From positions 1 through 37,838 of IMG/VR virus record IMGVR_UViG_3300048856_000128: a DNA stretch of 37,838 nt, one strand, 5' to 3'. Below, in pieces: positions 35,718 to 37,838 of this stretch. Source of the stretch: a virus (Duplodnaviria > Caudoviricetes). The position numbers and the translations under genes were made by a program. Position 1 is the stretch's first letter, and each line of letters begins with the position of its first letter. The notes beneath the pieces were generated by a model. The model was not told the origin of the DNA. It did no database searches and saw nothing but the letters and a program-made list of their open reading frames with translations.

Positions 35718-35761
35718 GGCCCCGTCTGGTGTTGGTAGCACCTGGCGGGGCCGTTCTGTTG
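35718..35761 (+). terminator. Hairpin plus T-rich tail antisense to the wHTH gene leader
   Basis: GGCCCCGTC-T-GGTGT-TGGTA-GCACC-T-GGCGGGGCC followed by GTTCTGTTG. Confidence 0.6.
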
Positions 35762-35793
35762 TTGTCGTCGGCGCGGTGAACCGCGCCTACTGA

Positions 35794-35985
35794 TCAGTAG
35801 CTGTCGCGGATTTGGTAGACCCGCTGGCGGGCTAGGCCGGTGGCGGCCACGACGTCTGCGACGCTGACGCCTGCGGCCAGCGCCTCGCGGATCGCCGCGT
35901 CGCGCTCGTCGCGAGCGGTCTGCGCGCCGCGCTCTGCCGTCGCGACGGCGGCGGCAAGATCAGCGAGCTTCGCGAGGTCGGCCAT
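35794..35985 (-). CDS. Small HTH regulator (63 aa)
   Basis: RDAAIREALAAGVSVADVVAATGLARQRVYQI. Confidence 0.85.
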   Translation of the reverse strand: MADLAKLADLAAAVATAERGAQTARDERDAAIREALAAGVSVADVVAATGLARQRVYQIRDSY

Positions 35986-35991
35986 GGAGCC

Positions 35992-36033
35992 AGTATGTCT
36001 AGCCCGCTTGTCATTTGTCTAGCGCGCTTGACA
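35992..36033 (-). promoter_or_regulatory. Leaderless promoter overlapped by two palindromic operators
   Basis: TGTCTAGCCCGCTTGTCA 35996-36013 and TGTCTAGCGCGCTTGACA 36016-36033; minus strand reads TAGACA-18bp-CATACT-6bp-ATG. Confidence 0.75.
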
Positions 36034-36076
36034 CGTTCGGCGGGTGAAGTCGTCGCGCGGCGGCGCCGCGCGGACC

Positions 36077-36158
36077 CGCGGGGCGCACACCCCCACTGGG
36101 TGCGCCCGCCTTCCTCCGATAGGAGGGGAAGGCCTGCCACCGTGTCAGGTTGGAAGCG
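36077..36158 (+). repeat. 82-bp structured direct repeat, copy 2
   Basis: 68/82 identical to 35173-35254; two hairpins. Confidence 0.9.
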
Positions 36159-36205
36159 ACAGCGAGACACTGAAGTCGGCCGAACTGAAGGCGCACACTG
36201 AACTC

Positions 36206-36454
36206 ATGTACGGCCACGACCCCAAGCCAGAGCAGGCGATCCTCAACGCGCACCCCGTGCCGCCGCGGCGCGCGCAGGAGGACCGCCCGGAGATCGCCGT
36301 GACGGCGCGAATCGAGTGGGAGCTCGACGGTGAACAGTTCGTCGAAACCGTGGCCTACGCGTCCTGGCGCAACCTCGTGCTGGTCCGCGTCGAGGACCCT
36401 CGCGCACGCGTGCGCGGGTACTGGCTCGACGCAGGCGACGTCCGGCGACGCTGA
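36206..36454 (+). CDS. Small hypothetical protein (82 aa)
   Basis: MYGHDPKPEQAILNAHP..WLDAGDVRRR; CACACT 6 nt upstream of the ATG suggests a leaderless transcript. Confidence 0.75.
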   Translation: MYGHDPKPEQAILNAHPVPPRRAQEDRPEIAVTARIEWELDGEQFVETVAYASWRNLVLVRVEDPRARVRGYWLDAGDVRRR

Positions 36455-36542
36455 TCAAAGGCCAGCGGCTTCATCGGCGATCCTCAAGGACGCAACCTTG
36501 AACGCCCCAAACGACCAGCCGCACCTCTCCAGTCGTCGCCTC

Positions 36543-36561
36543 GTGTAGCAGATGTGTAGCA
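36543..36561 (+). repeat. Candidate integrase arm-type sites
   Basis: GTGTAGCA at 36543 and 36554 (11-bp period), about 130-150 bp inside the att core. Confidence 0.6.
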
Positions 36562-36689
36562 ACGGCCCGCAGTACGGGGCTGCACGACGCTTTACCCGGT
36601 CGCCGCACGGAGCTCATGTGCGTCGCGCCTGGCCTGCGAGAACGCCGCACGAGACCGCAGGAGACCGCACGAGGCGGTATCCGTCGGGA

Positions 36690-36737
36690 CGGACTTTTAA
36701 TCCGCGGGTTGTGGGTTCGATCCCCACGGGGCCCACC
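36690..36737 (+). other. att core: duplicated 3' half of tRNA-Lys(TTT)
   Basis: CGGA-CTTTTAA-TCCG anticodon arm, GTGGG-TTCGATC-CCCAC T-arm, GGGGCCC-A-CC acceptor strand; no 5' half upstream. Confidence 0.92.
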
Positions 36738-36800
36738 CCTCACGCCTCCGGTCGGCGCCACGTCGGCGTGACCGCCGTCACCGTCCGATAGCGTGCCGTC

Positions 36801-37403
36801 ATGGCACCTGACGGGCACCGTCGCGCGAACGTCGTCCTGTGCGCCCTCGCCGCAGGGTCCGTCGCCGCGCTGGCCGGCTGCGCCGGTCTGGCCGGCCCGG
36901 CCGACGCCGCGGACGTCGCTGCGCACGCCGCCCCGGCGGGGGTGGCACCCGAGCTGGTCTACGTGCTGGACCTCGACGGCTTCGAGCTGGCGCCGCAGTC
37001 GGTGGGCGTCTCCGGCAGCGACGGGATGTCCGCGGCGTACGTGGGCACCAGCGGCGCAGAGGCCTCCACCGTCATGCTCAGGACCGACCGGGGCGGCGCG
37101 GGCGACCCGTGCGCGTCCCTCCCCGACGGCGACCGGCCGACGTACACGTGCACCGTCGTGCTGGGCGAGGCGACGGTGCGGCTGGAGGGGTCGGGTGTCG
37201 ACGCCGCGACGATGCGCGAGGCGGCGCAGACGGTGCGCGTGCCCACGAAAGGCGAGCTCGACGAGCTCTTCGCCGCCGTCCCGGCCGTGGAGGGGCCCGG
37301 CGAGCACGGCGACCAGCCCGACCCCGGCGGCCCGGTCGAGCGGGGCGACCTGCCTCAGGAGGGCGACGGCGCACCGCTCAACGAGGTGGGCGCGGGCGGG
37401 TGA
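36801..37403 (+). CDS. Host putative lipoprotein
   Basis: Signal peptide with lipobox LAGC; outside att. Confidence 0.8.
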   Translation: MAPDGHRRANVVLCALAAGSVAALAGCAGLAGPADAADVAAHAAPAGVAPELVYVLDLDGFELAPQSVGVSGSDGMSAAYVGTSGAEASTVMLRTDRGGAGDPCASLPDGDRPTYTCTVVLGEATVRLEGSGVDAATMREAAQTVRVPTKGELDELFAAVPAVEGPGEHGDQPDPGGPVERGDLPQEGDGAPLNEVGAGG

Positions 37404-37424
37404 CCCGGCCGGGCACGACGGTCG

Positions 37425-37838
37425 CTACGACAGCCCGTCCTCGTCCACGGACGCCGACTGCTCCGCCACGCGCGGCACCGTCCCGTCGTTGCGCCGGGCC
37501 GGCAGCTCGGGGATCGCGCGGAACGTGTCCGGGTCGTCGTCCTTGCGGATGCGCGGGATGAAGCTGCTGTATCCCACCGCCGACAGCCCGGCGGCGCGCA
37601 GGCGTTGCGCGAAGATCGGCCACGCCCGCGACTCCCACAGGGCGTCCGTCGCCGCGGTCGCGGCGTCGTGCTCGTTCCGGTCGTGCACGGCGCGCTCCGC
37701 GACGACCCGCTCGGCCGCGGTCCACAGCTCGTCGCCGGGCGAGCTCTTGAGCACGGCCGCGCGCAGCGCGACCGGGTCGACCACCTCGACCTCGACCTCG
37801 AGCACGAGACGTACGTACCTGCGCAGCTCCTCCCCCAT
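37425..37838 (-). CDS. Host hypothetical protein
   Basis: ORF with plausible composition; outside att. Confidence 0.6.
   Translation of the reverse strand: MGEELRRYVRLVLEVEVEVVDPVALRAAVLKSSPGDELWTAAERVVAERAVHDRNEHDAATAATDALWESRAWPIFAQRLRAAGLSAVGYSSFIPRIRKDDDPDTFRAIPELPARRNDGTVPRVAEQSASVDEDGLS

Larger units (their letters stand above)
1..36737. mobile_element. Temperate siphovirus prophage integrated at tRNA-Lys (left end outside window)
   Basis: Integration, immunity, replication, packaging, head, tail and lysis modules in canonical order; tRNA 3' duplicate at the right end. Confidence 0.95.

Noticed and set aside
35173-36158. Diversity-generating retroelement TR/VR pair
   Set aside because: The 14 mismatches are not confined to adenines on either strand, and no reverse transcriptase is present in the window
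36180-36195. LexA box upstream of 36206
   Set aside because: Only one half-site (CGAAC) matches the actinobacterial TCGAAC-N4-GTTCGA consensus
36690-36737. Functional tRNA-Lys gene
   Set aside because: The 5' acceptor strand and D-arm are missing; it is the att duplicate

Overview
This is high-GC actinobacterial DNA. Positions 1 to about 36,740 are a largely intact-looking temperate siphovirus prophage. It is integrated at a tRNA-Lys(TTT) gene, whose duplicated 3' half (the right att site) lies at 36690-36737; the left att and the intact tRNA must lie left of the window. Gene order is: accessory pair, tyrosine integrase / ImmA-like protease / repressor, divergent cro with four operators, early and replication genes, HNH and terminase, HK97-type head, non-contractile tail with a -1 frameshifted chaperone, a tail-tip protein with a CE4 (NodB-like) deacetylase domain, lysis genes, a reverse-strand accessory block, then two probable host genes. 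The most unusual region is 33.8-36.2 kb. It holds (i) a stand-alone reverse-strand paralogue of the tail protein's catalytic C-terminal part, and (ii) directly upstream, a 904-bp unit bounded by 82-bp structured direct repeats. That unit carries a small HTH gene with operator-like palindromes, a putative antisense RNA and a winged-helix Rep-like gene that would remain in frame if the unit circularised. Other oddities are an IS21 IstA-like DNA-binding domain in the packaging operon, a two-domain small terminase, an Sm-like protein, an Lsr2-like domain lacking its AT-hook, and an RNA pseudoknot/leader motif around the major tail gene. All family assignments come from motif recognition by eye; no database searches were run.
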